Shown here in pieces: positions 9,567 to 18,291 of a stretch of DNA of 64,000 nucleotides. Source of the DNA: an uncultured Kofleriaceae bacterium (GTDB lineage: Bacteria > Myxococcota_A > Polyangia > Haliangiales > Haliangiaceae); NCBI GenBank assembly GCA_964602685.1, contig CAZRSQ010000002.1, forward strand, positions 4,217 to 68,216, read 5' to 3'. How positions within the stretch are numbered: the stretch's first letter is position 1; the number at the start of each line of letters is the position of its first letter. A program made the position numbers and the translations under genes. The notes below the pieces were generated by a model. It worked only from the letters and a program-made list of their open reading frames with translations, was not told the DNA's origin and searched no databases.

Positions 9567-10893
9567 CGGAGCTCCTGGGAGTGAAGGGCCGGGGTGAAGA
9601 CGTCGAGACATGGGTGTTCCACAGGCCCTGCACGCCGTAGCCGACGGCCACGACGGCGAGGAACACCAGCAACGCGGTGGTGATCACGCCGAGCGCCGGG
9701 TGCATGCGCGGGGCGTGCGGCCGCCGCTGCTCGCGCACCAGCGCGAACGCGACGACGGCGAACATGACGGCGCTCTCGGCGAGCGTCCCGACCGGGAGGC
9801 TGGTGAACGCCCCGTCGCGGAAGTACAGCTTGGGCCAGTGGAAGACGACGCTGCCGACGAGGAACACCCACGCGCAGCCCAGCACCGTCGCGCGCACCGG
9901 CGTGCGCCGGTGCCGCAGCACCACCGGGTAGTAGAACAGCGCCACCAGCAGATCGCGAAAGTGGGTGTTCCAGCGCCGCCACCACCCGGTGATGCTGGTC
10001 GCCAGCAGCGGGCGATCGAACGACGGTCCCAGCTCGATCCCGAGCACCCGCACCATCCCGACCAGGATCCCGGCGATCCCGCACGCCTCGACCACCGCGA
10101 TCGCCGGATACCACACCAGCCCGTGACCCAGCGCCGCCAGGTACCGCCCGCGCTCGTACGCCGCGTACGCCTCACGCATCGGCGAGTACACGCGCGCCAG
10201 CAGCGCCGCCGCGCCCGCGAGCGCCAGCCCCCACGCCATCAGCCGCAGCCCCGAACGCTCGACGGCGTCGTCGTGGCGCTCCAGCCCGGCGCGAAACTGA
10301 TCGCACCGCGGGATCGCCAGCATGTACGGCACGATCACGAAGAACGGCGCGAACATCAGGTACGTCACGACATCGCCGAGCGGCATCGCCGGCCCCCGCT
10401 GCACCTTCACCTGATGCAGCAGCCACGCCAGGCGGAACGTGTAGCCCACGGCGAACACGTACCCCCACCGCGCGACCTCGCTGTGGGCCGCGAGAAACCC
10501 CGGCCACAGCGCGCGGTTGCACACGATCGCCAGCGCGGCGTAGGTGGCGAGCACGTAGGGCAGCGCCGCCCGGCGCCCCAGCGTGCGATGCAGCCCGACG
10601 ATCCACACCAGCGAGAGCAGCGCGAACGCCGGATCGAACACCGCCGCGCACGCCAGCGAGCCCGCGAGCATCACCACCCGCCGCGCGCCCGCGCGCGCCC
10701 CGACCCATGTCAGAAAGTAGACACCGAACAGCGCCGGGTAGCGCTCGACCGGCACGCAGCGGTCGGTCCACGCCAGCAGCGTCAACCAGCGCTGATCCGC
10801 AGCGATGACGAGCGCCCCGAGCAACAGGGCGAGCACGACCGCGCGACGCGCAACGGGGACCATCACCGACTGCTGACGGCGCCCCGCCGCCAT
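9547..10893 (-). CDS. MBOAT-family membrane-bound O-acyltransferase (DltB/AlgI-like)
   Basis: Polytopic membrane protein with an MBOAT-like block TGWWRRWNTHFRDLLVALFYYPV. The alternative start is ATG 10863. Its 3' end overlaps the carrier-protein start by 20 nt. Confidence 0.8.
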   Translation of the reverse strand: MAAGRRQQSVMVPVARRAVVLALLLGALVIAADQRWLTLLAWTDRCVPVERYPALFGVYFLTWVGARAGARRVVMLAGSLACAAVFDPAFALLSLVWIVGLHRTLGRRAALPYVLATYAALAIVCNRALWPGFLAAHSEVARWGYVFAVGYTFRLAWLLHQVKVQRGPAMPLGDVVTYLMFAPFFVIVPYMLAIPRCDQFRAGLERHDDAVERSGLRLMAWGLALAGAAALLARVYSPMREAYAAYERGRYLAALGHGLVWYPAIAVVEACGIAGILVGMVRVLGIELGPSFDRPLLATSITGWWRRWNTHFRDLLVALFYYPVVLRHRRTPVRATVLGCAWVFLVGSVVFHWPKLYFRDGAFTSLPVGTLAESAVMFAVVAFALVREQRRPHAPRMHPALGVITTALLVFLAVVAVGYGVQGLWNTHVSTSSPRPFTPRSSDVFPIF

Positions 10894-10980
10894 CCGTCAT
10901 GCGCCCCCCGGCGCTTTCCGCCCGTTGACCATCGATGCGACCGGCGCCACAGGCCGGCCTGAACCGCCCGTGTGGCGTGG

Positions 10981-11877
10981 CTAGAGGACCGCCGCTACCG
11001 CTTCGGTCTTGGCCTTCTCGATCGCCGGCTCCCTCGCATCGCGGATGTGCCCCGGCACCCCGTCGACATCGCTCACCAGCCGCATCAGCTCGAGCGTCTT
11101 GATCGCGTAGAAGGACAGGTCGACCTCCCACCAGAAGAACCCTTGCCGGGTCGAGCGCTGGTAGTGATGGTGGTTGTTGTGCCACCCCTCACCGAAGGTG
11201 AGGACCGCCAGCACCGCGTTGTTCCTCGAGTCATCGCTCGTCGCATACCGCCGGCTCCCCCACACGTGCGCGAGCGAGTTGATGCAGAAGGTGACGTGCC
11301 AGCACAGCACCGTCGGCACGAACATGCCCCAGATCAGCCCGGTCACGCCGCCGATCGCAAACGTGACGACACCCAGCCCGATCACGAACAGCAGATCGTG
11401 ACTGTTCAACCACCGCAGCTCCGGATATCTCGCCAGATCCTTCACCCGCTCCAGGTCCGTCCCCACCTGCCTGCTCGACAGGATCCACCCGATGTGTGAC
11501 CAGTAGAACCCGCGCTGCCGCGGCGAGTGCACGTCCTCCGGCTGGTCCGAGTGCTTGTGGTGCTTCCGGTGATGCGCCGCCCACCACAACGGCCCCTGCT
11601 GCGCCGCCGCCATGCCGAGCAGCGCCAGCACGAACTGCATGCCCCGCCCCGCCTTGTAGCTCCGGTGCGCGAAGTACCGGTGGTACCCGGCCGTCACCCC
11701 GAACATGCGGACGGCATACCCGCCCACCAGCCACGCCGCTGCCCCCCAGCTCCATCCCACCCACACCGCGCCCACCACCGCCGCCACATGCACGCCCCAG
11801 AACGGCGCATTCGTGCGCCACCTCGGGCGGTCGAGCTGCGCGTTCCGCAGCTCCTCGGCGTTCAACGTCTCGGCCAT
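10981..11877 (-). CDS. Acyl-CoA (delta-9 type) fatty acid desaturase
   Basis: Three His boxes are present: HRYFAHRS, HRKHHKHSD and HNNHHHY, with membrane helices in between. Confidence 0.9.
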   Translation of the reverse strand: MAETLNAEELRNAQLDRPRWRTNAPFWGVHVAAVVGAVWVGWSWGAAAWLVGGYAVRMFGVTAGYHRYFAHRSYKAGRGMQFVLALLGMAAAQQGPLWWAAHHRKHHKHSDQPEDVHSPRQRGFYWSHIGWILSSRQVGTDLERVKDLARYPELRWLNSHDLLFVIGLGVVTFAIGGVTGLIWGMFVPTVLCWHVTFCINSLAHVWGSRRYATSDDSRNNAVLAVLTFGEGWHNNHHHYQRSTRQGFFWWEVDLSFYAIKTLELMRLVSDVDGVPGHIRDAREPAIEKAKTEAVAAVL

Positions 11878-11919
11878 CCACCAAGGCTAGGTCCCCCTCG
11901 CCGTTCCGCCGGCCACACT

Positions 11920-12288
11920 TCAACCACGACGGCGGGGGCCTGTGACCAAGTCGTGACCGAGATCGACGCAGCCGGCGGTGGAGATCGAGCCCCGCCTTGA
12001 TGGTGCCCGCAACACCCGGATATCCCGCCGTGGCGTCGGCGAGGAGGTGTGAGCGCGACGCCGCAGGCGTCCCGGCCGGTGCGCCACAGAAGCGTTCGTT
12101 GCTGCACGGCGTGCCCAAGACGGTCTTGGCCATCGCGAAGGTGCGGGCGTACCCACCCCCGGCGTGTCGTGGGCCTCGACCACCAGCACCCGGCGTCCGT
12201 CGGCGGCGAGCAGCGCGGCCACCGTCAGGCCGGCCATGCCGGCACCGATCACCAGCTCGTCGCACGGCTCGCTCATCCGCCGATTCAT
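11920..12288 (-). pseudogene. Probable remnant of an FAD/NAD(P)-dependent oxidoreductase (CrtI/amine-oxidase-like N-terminus only)
   Basis: The ORF begins with a Rossmann dinucleotide motif (DELVIGAGMAGLTVAALLAADGRRVLVVEAHDTPG) and then decays into Arg/Pro-rich sequence. A GGYARTF continuation lies in another frame. There is no room for a full-length enzyme before the desaturase gene. Confidence 0.35.
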
Positions 12289-12374
12289 CGCACGCCGCGG
12301 GATCGCCTGTCAGAACCGCGCGCGCACTTGCACCAGCGACGGGCTCCGCCGACAATCGACCGAGGGGGGCGACG

Positions 12375-12998
12375 ATGTCGAGACTGGTGACCGCCATGGT
12401 GACCGCGATGATCGGCGCGTGCTCGTTCCGCATGAAGGCCGCGCCCGCGCAGCTGCCGGATTCGGGCGGCGTCGATTGCAGCGACCGCGTCGTGCGTCCC
12501 TTGTTCGACGGGTTCGGCGCGGTCGGCGCCGCCGGGTTGTCCATCTATGCGTTCGCGGACCTCCGCGGCCGGGACTGTGAAGCGGCCGGGCAGGTGCCCG
12601 ATTGCTTGTTCGATCGGATCATCGGCGTCACGATGCTGCTGCCCGCGACGGTGTACGCCGCGGCCGCGGTCACCGGGATCACCCGCTGGTCGCGCTGCCG
12701 CTCGCGGCGCGCGGCGTACGCGGCCCGGGCCCGCCCCAACGACGGACTGTGGGTGACGTGCCGCACCGTGAAGCTCGACGGTGTCTGGGGCGCGAGCTAC
12801 GTGATCGAGAACCTGAATGACCGCGCCATCGACTATCAGTTCGTCGCGCGCATGAGCACGCGCGACCGGTCGTGGGTCTCACCGACCACCGACGGACGGA
12901 TCGGGGCCGGTCGATCGGTCGTGCGCGTCTTCCGCCCGTTCGGCGTGGGCGAAGAGGCCACGGGCTGCACCACGGACTGGATCTCCGAGAGGCGTTGA
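12375..12998 (+). CDS. Hypothetical lipoprotein
   Basis: ATG 12375 gives MSRLVTAMVTAMIGAC (lipobox). The remainder has ordinary composition (VIENLNDRAIDYQFVARMSTRD...). The upstream 126 aa of the track ORF look like an artefact. Confidence 0.5.
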   Translation: MSRLVTAMVTAMIGACSFRMKAAPAQLPDSGGVDCSDRVVRPLFDGFGAVGAAGLSIYAFADLRGRDCEAAGQVPDCLFDRIIGVTMLLPATVYAAAAVTGITRWSRCRSRRAAYAARARPNDGLWVTCRTVKLDGVWGASYVIENLNDRAIDYQFVARMSTRDRSWVSPTTDGRIGAGRSVVRVFRPFGVGEEATGCTTDWISERR

Positions 12999-13002
12999 CG
13001 CT

Positions 13003-13290
13003 TCAGCGCCCGGCGCGACGCTGCTGCCGCAGCTGCATCACGAAGCGCCTGGCCGCGCGCCGCTCACGCCGGTCGAGGCGGCCATCGCCATCGCGATCGA
13101 AGCGCCGCAGCAGCTGCTCGCGGACCTGCCGCGGCAGGCGAGGACGATGATGTTGACGTTGCTCGCCCGGACCGTGCACCTGGCCCGCGCGGGGACCGCC
13201 GGCGCCGGTCGGAGGCGCCCGATGATCGGCGAACGCGGTGGAGACGCCGCCGGCGAGGACGAAACTCACGAGGAGCACGATGCGCTTCAT
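13003..13290 (-). CDS. Small secreted EF-hand protein
   Basis: Signal peptide MKRIVLLVSFVLAGGVSTAFA, plus a canonical 12-residue EF-hand loop DRDGDGRLDRRE. Confidence 0.55.
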   Translation of the reverse strand: MKRIVLLVSFVLAGGVSTAFADHRAPPTGAGGPRAGQVHGPGEQRQHHRPRLPRQVREQLLRRFDRDGDGRLDRRERRAARRFVMQLRQQRRAGR

Positions 13291-13338
13291 GCCCCTCCGA
13301 CCCGCGCGCGGCCAGGTTGGTTAGGCCTCGTGCCCGCT

Positions 13339-15255
13339 TCACGTGCGCCGGATCGTCTCGACCGAGCGAATCATGTTGCGCAGCACGTCGCGCAGGGACC
13401 GTTCGGCGCGGTTCCGGATCGGATCCCGGTCGCCGCCGGGCTCGACGATGACCGGGCCGTGCGGGTCCGGGCCCCGGCCCGGGCGGTCGCCCATCCCGGG
13501 GATCCCGGGGATCACGGTCGGGATCACCGTCTGGATGATGTGGTGGCGCTGGTCCTCCGGCCAGCAGCCAGGCTCGCGGAGCCGGAACTCGCGGAGCTCC
13601 ACCGGGGTGCAGCGCTGGATGGCCCTGCCCAGAGAGGCATCGAAGCCCTCGACCGTGCCCGGGCTGCTGAAGACGAGCGCGCGGCCCGAGGTCTCGCTGG
13701 TGTCGTCGGCCTCGCGCACCGAGACGTTCACGTCGACGCTCCAGGCTCTGGCGTCGAACAGCGAGCGCAGGGTCAGGGTCGCGGCGCGCGGCCCGAGATC
13801 GAACTCGAGCACACGGTCGTGCCCGTCCGTGGTCCGGGCGGTGATGGTGCCCGCCCCCGGCGTGTCGAGCACGACGCCGCCCACGGTCCAGCGCGCGCGC
13901 ACCGGGCCGACCTCGGGCGGACCCTTGCCGGCGAAGCCGCTGCACGTCACCGAGCCGGTGAAGATGGCGCGGGTGATCGACCTGTGCCAAGGGAACTTCT
14001 CCGTGCCGCAGTGCGGGATCCGCACCTCGCGCAGCTCGGTCGCGGTGATCCGCTCCTCGGTGGCGACGTCGCCGTGCAGGCCGACGTGCCGGGTGGCGGC
14101 CGCGCGCACCACGACGTTGGCCGACGCGAGATCGTCGCTGGTGCCGTTCACCACCACCACCAGGTCGGTGTCCGGCAGCGCGACGTCGCTGTCGATCTCG
14201 ACGGCCGCGTGGATGCAGCCGCGGTAGTGCAGGTAGTCGCCGCCGGGGGACGACTCGATCGTGTGCACGACCACCGCGCGCCGCCCCAGATCGGCGCCCG
14301 TGATGTCGAGGCCGCGGTCCCAGCCGTCGGTGCCGCGGTACTCGACGCAGTACCGCCTCACGCTCGCCGTGCGGCGATCTTCGACGACCAGCAACGAGAT
14401 CCGGTTGCGGGTCAGCGCTCCGGCCGACCACAGCACCGCCGACGCGATCGGGGTCGTGCCGTCGATGGTCGCCTTGCGCACCTGGCCGGCGGCCTCGAGC
14501 GCGCCGGCCTCGCGCAGGTAGACGTGCGCGCGCGCCGGCAAGGGGCCCATCGCATTCCACGAGTCGACCCCGACCCAGCCCGCGTTGAACGTGGCGAGGT
14601 CGGTGCGCGCGAAGGTCGGCGAGCCGCTCCAGGTCGTCGCGCCCTTCCATCGCGAGCCGAACGTGCTCGCCGACATGATGTCGTACGGGCTGCCGTATTC
14701 GGTGCTCACGGCCCCCGCGTCGGCCCAGTCCGCACCATTGTTGAGCACGCCGTGGGTGTGCTGGTAGCCGAGGACGTGGCCGAGCTCGTGGCAGATGAAC
14801 GTGTGGCTGCACGCGGTGTTCACCACCGCGACCATCTTGCCGTGCAGCTTGTCCCCGGGCCGGTTGATGCCCGTCGCCCCGGCGTCGAAGCCGTAGATGA
14901 TCACCTTGCCGTCGGGCGCGGTCACGGTCTTGGTCCCGGGCGGCGTCAGCACCAGCACGCCGTCGTAGCCGTCGAGGTCGTGGCCGGCGGCCCGGGTCGC
15001 CGCGATCGCCGCGCTGGCCAGGAACGACCGCCCCGACTCGGTGTCCTTGGCTGGATCGGCGGTGATCTCGACCCACGGGAACATCCACGTGTCCGACAGG
15101 TCGAGACCTCCGACGGCGGCGTCGGACCAGTACTGCACCACCGCGCTACGATCGCTGGCTTCGATCAGAAAGCGGCGGCAGGCTTCGTCGGACACCTTGG
15201 CGATCGCCGTGTCGTGACGGGCGCGAAGGATGGCGAGGCGGAAGGTACGAGGCAT
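13339..15255 (-). CDS. Zinc metalloprotease-like protein (HExxH)
   Basis: 638-aa ORF with normal composition and the zincin motif FICHELGHVLGYQH. No obvious signal peptide. Confidence 0.7.
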   Translation of the reverse strand: MPRTFRLAILRARHDTAIAKVSDEACRRFLIEASDRSAVVQYWSDAAVGGLDLSDTWMFPWVEITADPAKDTESGRSFLASAAIAATRAAGHDLDGYDGVLVLTPPGTKTVTAPDGKVIIYGFDAGATGINRPGDKLHGKMVAVVNTACSHTFICHELGHVLGYQHTHGVLNNGADWADAGAVSTEYGSPYDIMSASTFGSRWKGATTWSGSPTFARTDLATFNAGWVGVDSWNAMGPLPARAHVYLREAGALEAAGQVRKATIDGTTPIASAVLWSAGALTRNRISLLVVEDRRTASVRRYCVEYRGTDGWDRGLDITGADLGRRAVVVHTIESSPGGDYLHYRGCIHAAVEIDSDVALPDTDLVVVVNGTSDDLASANVVVRAAATRHVGLHGDVATEERITATELREVRIPHCGTEKFPWHRSITRAIFTGSVTCSGFAGKGPPEVGPVRARWTVGGVVLDTPGAGTITARTTDGHDRVLEFDLGPRAATLTLRSLFDARAWSVDVNVSVREADDTSETSGRALVFSSPGTVEGFDASLGRAIQRCTPVELREFRLREPGCWPEDQRHHIIQTVIPTVIPGIPGMGDRPGRGPDPHGPVIVEPGGDRDPIRNRAERSLRDVLRNMIRSVETIRRT

Positions 15256-15359
15256 CTCACGGCTCCTGGCTGACCGCGTTCGGCGGTCGTATGGGTTCGC
15301 CAGTCCGGACGCAGCCCGCCGCGGATCTTCGCGGCGTTCTCCGCTTCAGGCCCCGGGTC

Positions 15360-15542
15360 TCACGTCTTCGGCCGGCGACCGCCGACCAGGAGCAGCCCCA
15401 TCACCGCGCCCAGGAGCGGCGTGATGACCGGACTGCTCTTCCAGCCTCAACCCGACTCGCACCCGATCGTCAGGTAGTACACGAGCCCCGCCGCGCCACC
15501 GACCACGCCGGCGATGACCTGCTTCCATGGAACCGACTGCAT
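15360..15542 (-). CDS. Small two-helix membrane protein with in-frame TGA at 15447-15449 (selenocysteine candidate, or a disrupted gene)
   Basis: Hand translation from ATG 15542 gives MQSVPWKQVIAGVVGGAAGLVYYLTIGCESG-TGA-GWKSSPVITPLLGAVMGLLLVGGRRPKT-TGA. Both halves are in one frame and each forms a hydrophobic helix. The TGA falls where small GCxSGxCPITSxP membrane proteins carry their second Cys (family recalled from memory). Confidence 0.35.
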
Positions 15543-15717
15543 CAGGTCACCGTAGCATCACCACGCGCGCCCGCCGCCTCTTCACGGCCTCTGCTTGTGC
15601 TGCGCCTTCCACTGGAGCCCGGGATGCGTCGCGATGAGGCCCTGCATCGCCGCGTCCTCGGTCAGCAGCGCCGGCACGATCTGCTCACCGCGCGGAGTGA
15701 GTCGAACGAAATGGTAA

Positions 15718-16794
15718 CTACGCTAGATTGGGCGGTGGCGGATTCCCTGGGCCCTTGGGCGACAACCAGCCGCCCAAGGCGAGAACGTCCCAGGCGAGCT
15801 GGACCTGGCGCGGATCGAACGCGCGCTTGCGAGCGTTCCAGGCGTAGACCGCGTCCCTCGCCTCATCGGCTGTCGTGGCTCCCTCGTGCGCGGCGACCCA
15901 GTGAACGGTCGCCAGAAGCTCCATGCCGAACGGCGTCTCGAATCCCTGGACCAGCTCCGCGACTCGGTCGAAGCGGGCACGAGTTATCGGGTGCGACTCC
16001 AGGAACGATACCGCGCTCGCGCTCGCGCCCGGCACGAGCGCGAGCTGCTTGTCTGGTGCGTCGCCGCCGTCCTTGTAGCCGGAGATCAAGTGCCCCTCGA
16101 CGTGCGCAAGGACGTGCCGGAGGTTCTCGGCGTACGGTCCGTAGACAGCCTTCTTGTAGTCGAGGCGCAGCGGCTCGCCGGCCTCTTGCATGAAGTACAT
16201 CAGCTTGTGGACCTCGAGCAGGGAGACGAACGGATCCATCAGCCCCGCCAGGTACCGTTCTACCAGCGCCACGAGGACCGCGCGGCCGGGCGTCATCGCG
16301 GGCGCGGTCGCCGAACGCGCCATGGCGTGAGCCGCGGGTGCGCCGATGGGCTCGAACAGGAGGACCTTCACGTCGGGCAGGGTGGCGAACGCTCGCTCGA
16401 TCCGCGGGCGCACGTCAGACCACGCGAGTCCACCGAGTCCGCAGCCAAGCGGCGGCACTGCGATCGACTTGATCCCCAGGCGTCGGATCTCGGCCGTGAG
16501 CGCGACCAGCCCCGCATCGATGTCCTCAAGCCGGCTGTTCGCTCGCCAGTGGCGCTTGGTCGGGAAGTTCACGATCCAGCGAGGGTTGGTGAGCTGACCG
16601 GTCTCCACGACGAGCATCCGGCCGGGCTGGACTTCTTCCCGCTTGCATGCCGCCTCGTACACCGCGAAGTTCGCGGGGAACGCGCGCTTGAACTGCGCGG
16701 CGATCCCGCGCCCCATGAACCCGACGCAGTTGACCGTGTTGACCAGCGCCTCGGCGTCGGCCTTGAGAATGTCACCGGTGGTGGGCTCGATCAT
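15718..16794 (-). CDS. darG: DarG antitoxin (macrodomain ADP-ribosylglycohydrolase with C-terminal DarT-binding domain)
   Basis: N-terminal macrodomain: GDILKADAEALVNTVNCVGFMGRGIAAQFK ... AVPPLGCGLGGL. A roughly 200-aa C-terminal domain follows. The gene sits 15 nt downstream of darT. Confidence 0.9.
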   Translation of the reverse strand: MIEPTTGDILKADAEALVNTVNCVGFMGRGIAAQFKRAFPANFAVYEAACKREEVQPGRMLVVETGQLTNPRWIVNFPTKRHWRANSRLEDIDAGLVALTAEIRRLGIKSIAVPPLGCGLGGLAWSDVRPRIERAFATLPDVKVLLFEPIGAPAAHAMARSATAPAMTPGRAVLVALVERYLAGLMDPFVSLLEVHKLMYFMQEAGEPLRLDYKKAVYGPYAENLRHVLAHVEGHLISGYKDGGDAPDKQLALVPGASASAVSFLESHPITRARFDRVAELVQGFETPFGMELLATVHWVAAHEGATTADEARDAVYAWNARKRAFDPRQVQLAWDVLALGGWLSPKGPGNPPPPNLA

Positions 16795-16809
16795 CGGTTG
16801 CGATCCCGC

Positions 16810-17457
16810 CTAGTAGTACCACCTTGGCCGGACATCGACCGGAGGCTGGTGCGCGGCCGTCGCGATGGCGGCCTGGGCGGCGGACTGGACCGAGGCTGAG
16901 TGGACGCCCACGGCTTCGACCAGCTCCCAGGGGAAGGTGTCGTGGAACAGGAACTCGGACTGCTTTGCCTCCTTGACGGCAGGATCGCGGAAGTCGTTCG
17001 ACTCGACGGCAGGCCAGTCGATGAGGGAGAGATCAGAGGTCGACGCGCAGAACCTCGCGTATCGTGCGCCCGCGTTGGAGGTGGTGAACGCCCAGCGACG
17101 GCCTTGTTGCTGAGCCCATGAGACGACCGCGTGCAGGTCACCTTGCAGGTGGACGATCGGCCCCTGGCCGCCGCGGTACGCGAGGTCTGGATGGTTGGCG
17201 CAATGGATCACGTAGAGCATGATCGAGCGCGGGCAGAAGTAGAACGGCACGAAGTCGCCGACGTGGTCGCCGGGGTGGCAGGTGACGGGAAGCGCGAGGC
17301 GCCGTTGCTTGATGTTCGACATGCCGATCGCCGACGGCGGCCCACCGAGCGTGATCATCGCCGCGTCCGAGCGGAGGCAACCGACACCGACGATCGCGGG
17401 CAGGTTGTCCACATGCGTGATGTGGAAGATCTTGGGCGCGGTGGGAGGCGAGGGCAC
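16810..17457 (-). CDS. darT: DarT ssDNA thymidine ADP-ribosyltransferase toxin (DUF4433)
   Basis: GTG start. Motifs IFHITHVDNLPAIV, FVPFYFCPRSIMLY and KQSEFLFHDTFPW (with the catalytic Glu context) are characteristic of DarT. Confidence 0.9.
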   Translation of the reverse strand: MPSPPTAPKIFHITHVDNLPAIVGVGCLRSDAAMITLGGPPSAIGMSNIKQRRLALPVTCHPGDHVGDFVPFYFCPRSIMLYVIHCANHPDLAYRGGQGPIVHLQGDLHAVVSWAQQQGRRWAFTTSNAGARYARFCASTSDLSLIDWPAVESNDFRDPAVKEAKQSEFLFHDTFPWELVEAVGVHSASVQSAAQAAIATAAHQPPVDVRPRWYY

Positions 17458-17586
17458 GGTGGAGGCTCGGCCGAGATTCGGTCAGGACTGCTGTCCGGAT
17501 CGGGGGGCGGCCAGTCTGTGGGATGGGGCGCGGCCAACGTCGCGCAACACCCGTTCCGCCGCATCCGCGAAGGTCATCGCCATCGA

Positions 17587-18291
17587 TCAGCTCCTTCCTT
17601 GCCGTTCCACATCCGCGCCTGCCGCCACCCGAAGCGCACGGACCAGCGCCCGCAGCTCATGGAGCGACAGCGCCTCCAGCGCCAGGGTGCCGAGTGCGCC
17701 CACCAGATCGCGGGTCACCCGATCGACCACGCGCGGGCTCGCTTCCTCGAGCTCGTCGAGCAACGCGACCACCGCCGGTCGATGCCAGCTGTACCGGCGC
17801 ACGAACACCTGGATCGCGATCGACTGCCGCGCGAAGACGCGCTCCGTGAGCGCGTAGTCGCCGCCCTCTCGCGTTAGCTCCGCCACCCACCATAGCCGCG
17901 AGAAAACGTTGCTGTCATGCCGCATGCCCGGGCTCCAGTAGCGGGTACGGGTGGTTGCCCAGGTCTCGACCGCCCACCGATGCCGGACCAGCTCGGGGAG
18001 GTGCACCACCGCCAGGAAGCGCCAGACGCCCGGCATGGCCGCTTCCCGTCGCGATAGCGGCAAGGCGCGGTGGAGGCGCGGCGCGGCCTGCTGATCGATC
18101 GCCGGATCGTGCCGGACCGTGGTGGCCAGGATGTCCGAAACCTCGGCGTCGAGCTCGTCGAGCGCCACGGGCTCTCCCGCCTCGTCGAGGAATCGCTCGT
18201 AGACCGCCGGCTCATAGCGCGGGATCTCTCCGCGCGCCAAGGCCTCGGTGACGAGGAACTGGGCCTCGGGCGCCAGCCGGTGGAGCTTCAT
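17587..18291 (-). CDS. Uncharacterised protein (possibly DUF6339-like; family name from memory, unverified), last gene of the five-gene operon
   Basis: 234-aa ORF with normal composition (PGVWRFLAVVHLPELVRHRW, NVFSRLWWVAELT). Its ATG overlaps the upstream stop (ATGA at 18288-18291). Confidence 0.6.
   Translation of the reverse strand: MKLHRLAPEAQFLVTEALARGEIPRYEPAVYERFLDEAGEPVALDELDAEVSDILATTVRHDPAIDQQAAPRLHRALPLSRREAAMPGVWRFLAVVHLPELVRHRWAVETWATTRTRYWSPGMRHDSNVFSRLWWVAELTREGGDYALTERVFARQSIAIQVFVRRYSWHRPAVVALLDELEEASPRVVDRVTRDLVGALGTLALEALSLHELRALVRALRVAAGADVERQGRS

Noticed and set aside
9547-9611. Longer 99-aa version of the carrier-protein ORF starting at 9611.
   Set aside because: The extension (MSRRLHPGPSLPGAP) overlaps the MBOAT 3' end by 65 nt and lacks an RBS, whereas ATG 9566 is preceded by AGGAG.
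15581-15714. Minus-strand frame ..FVRLTPRGEQIVPALLTEDAAMQGLIATHPGLQWKAQHKQRP-stop directly downstream of darG, resembling the C-terminus of a wHTH protein.
   Set aside because: The open frame is bounded upstream by a stop just after darG. Only an internal GTG or ATG would give a 21-33-aa peptide. It is likely a gene remnant or chance.
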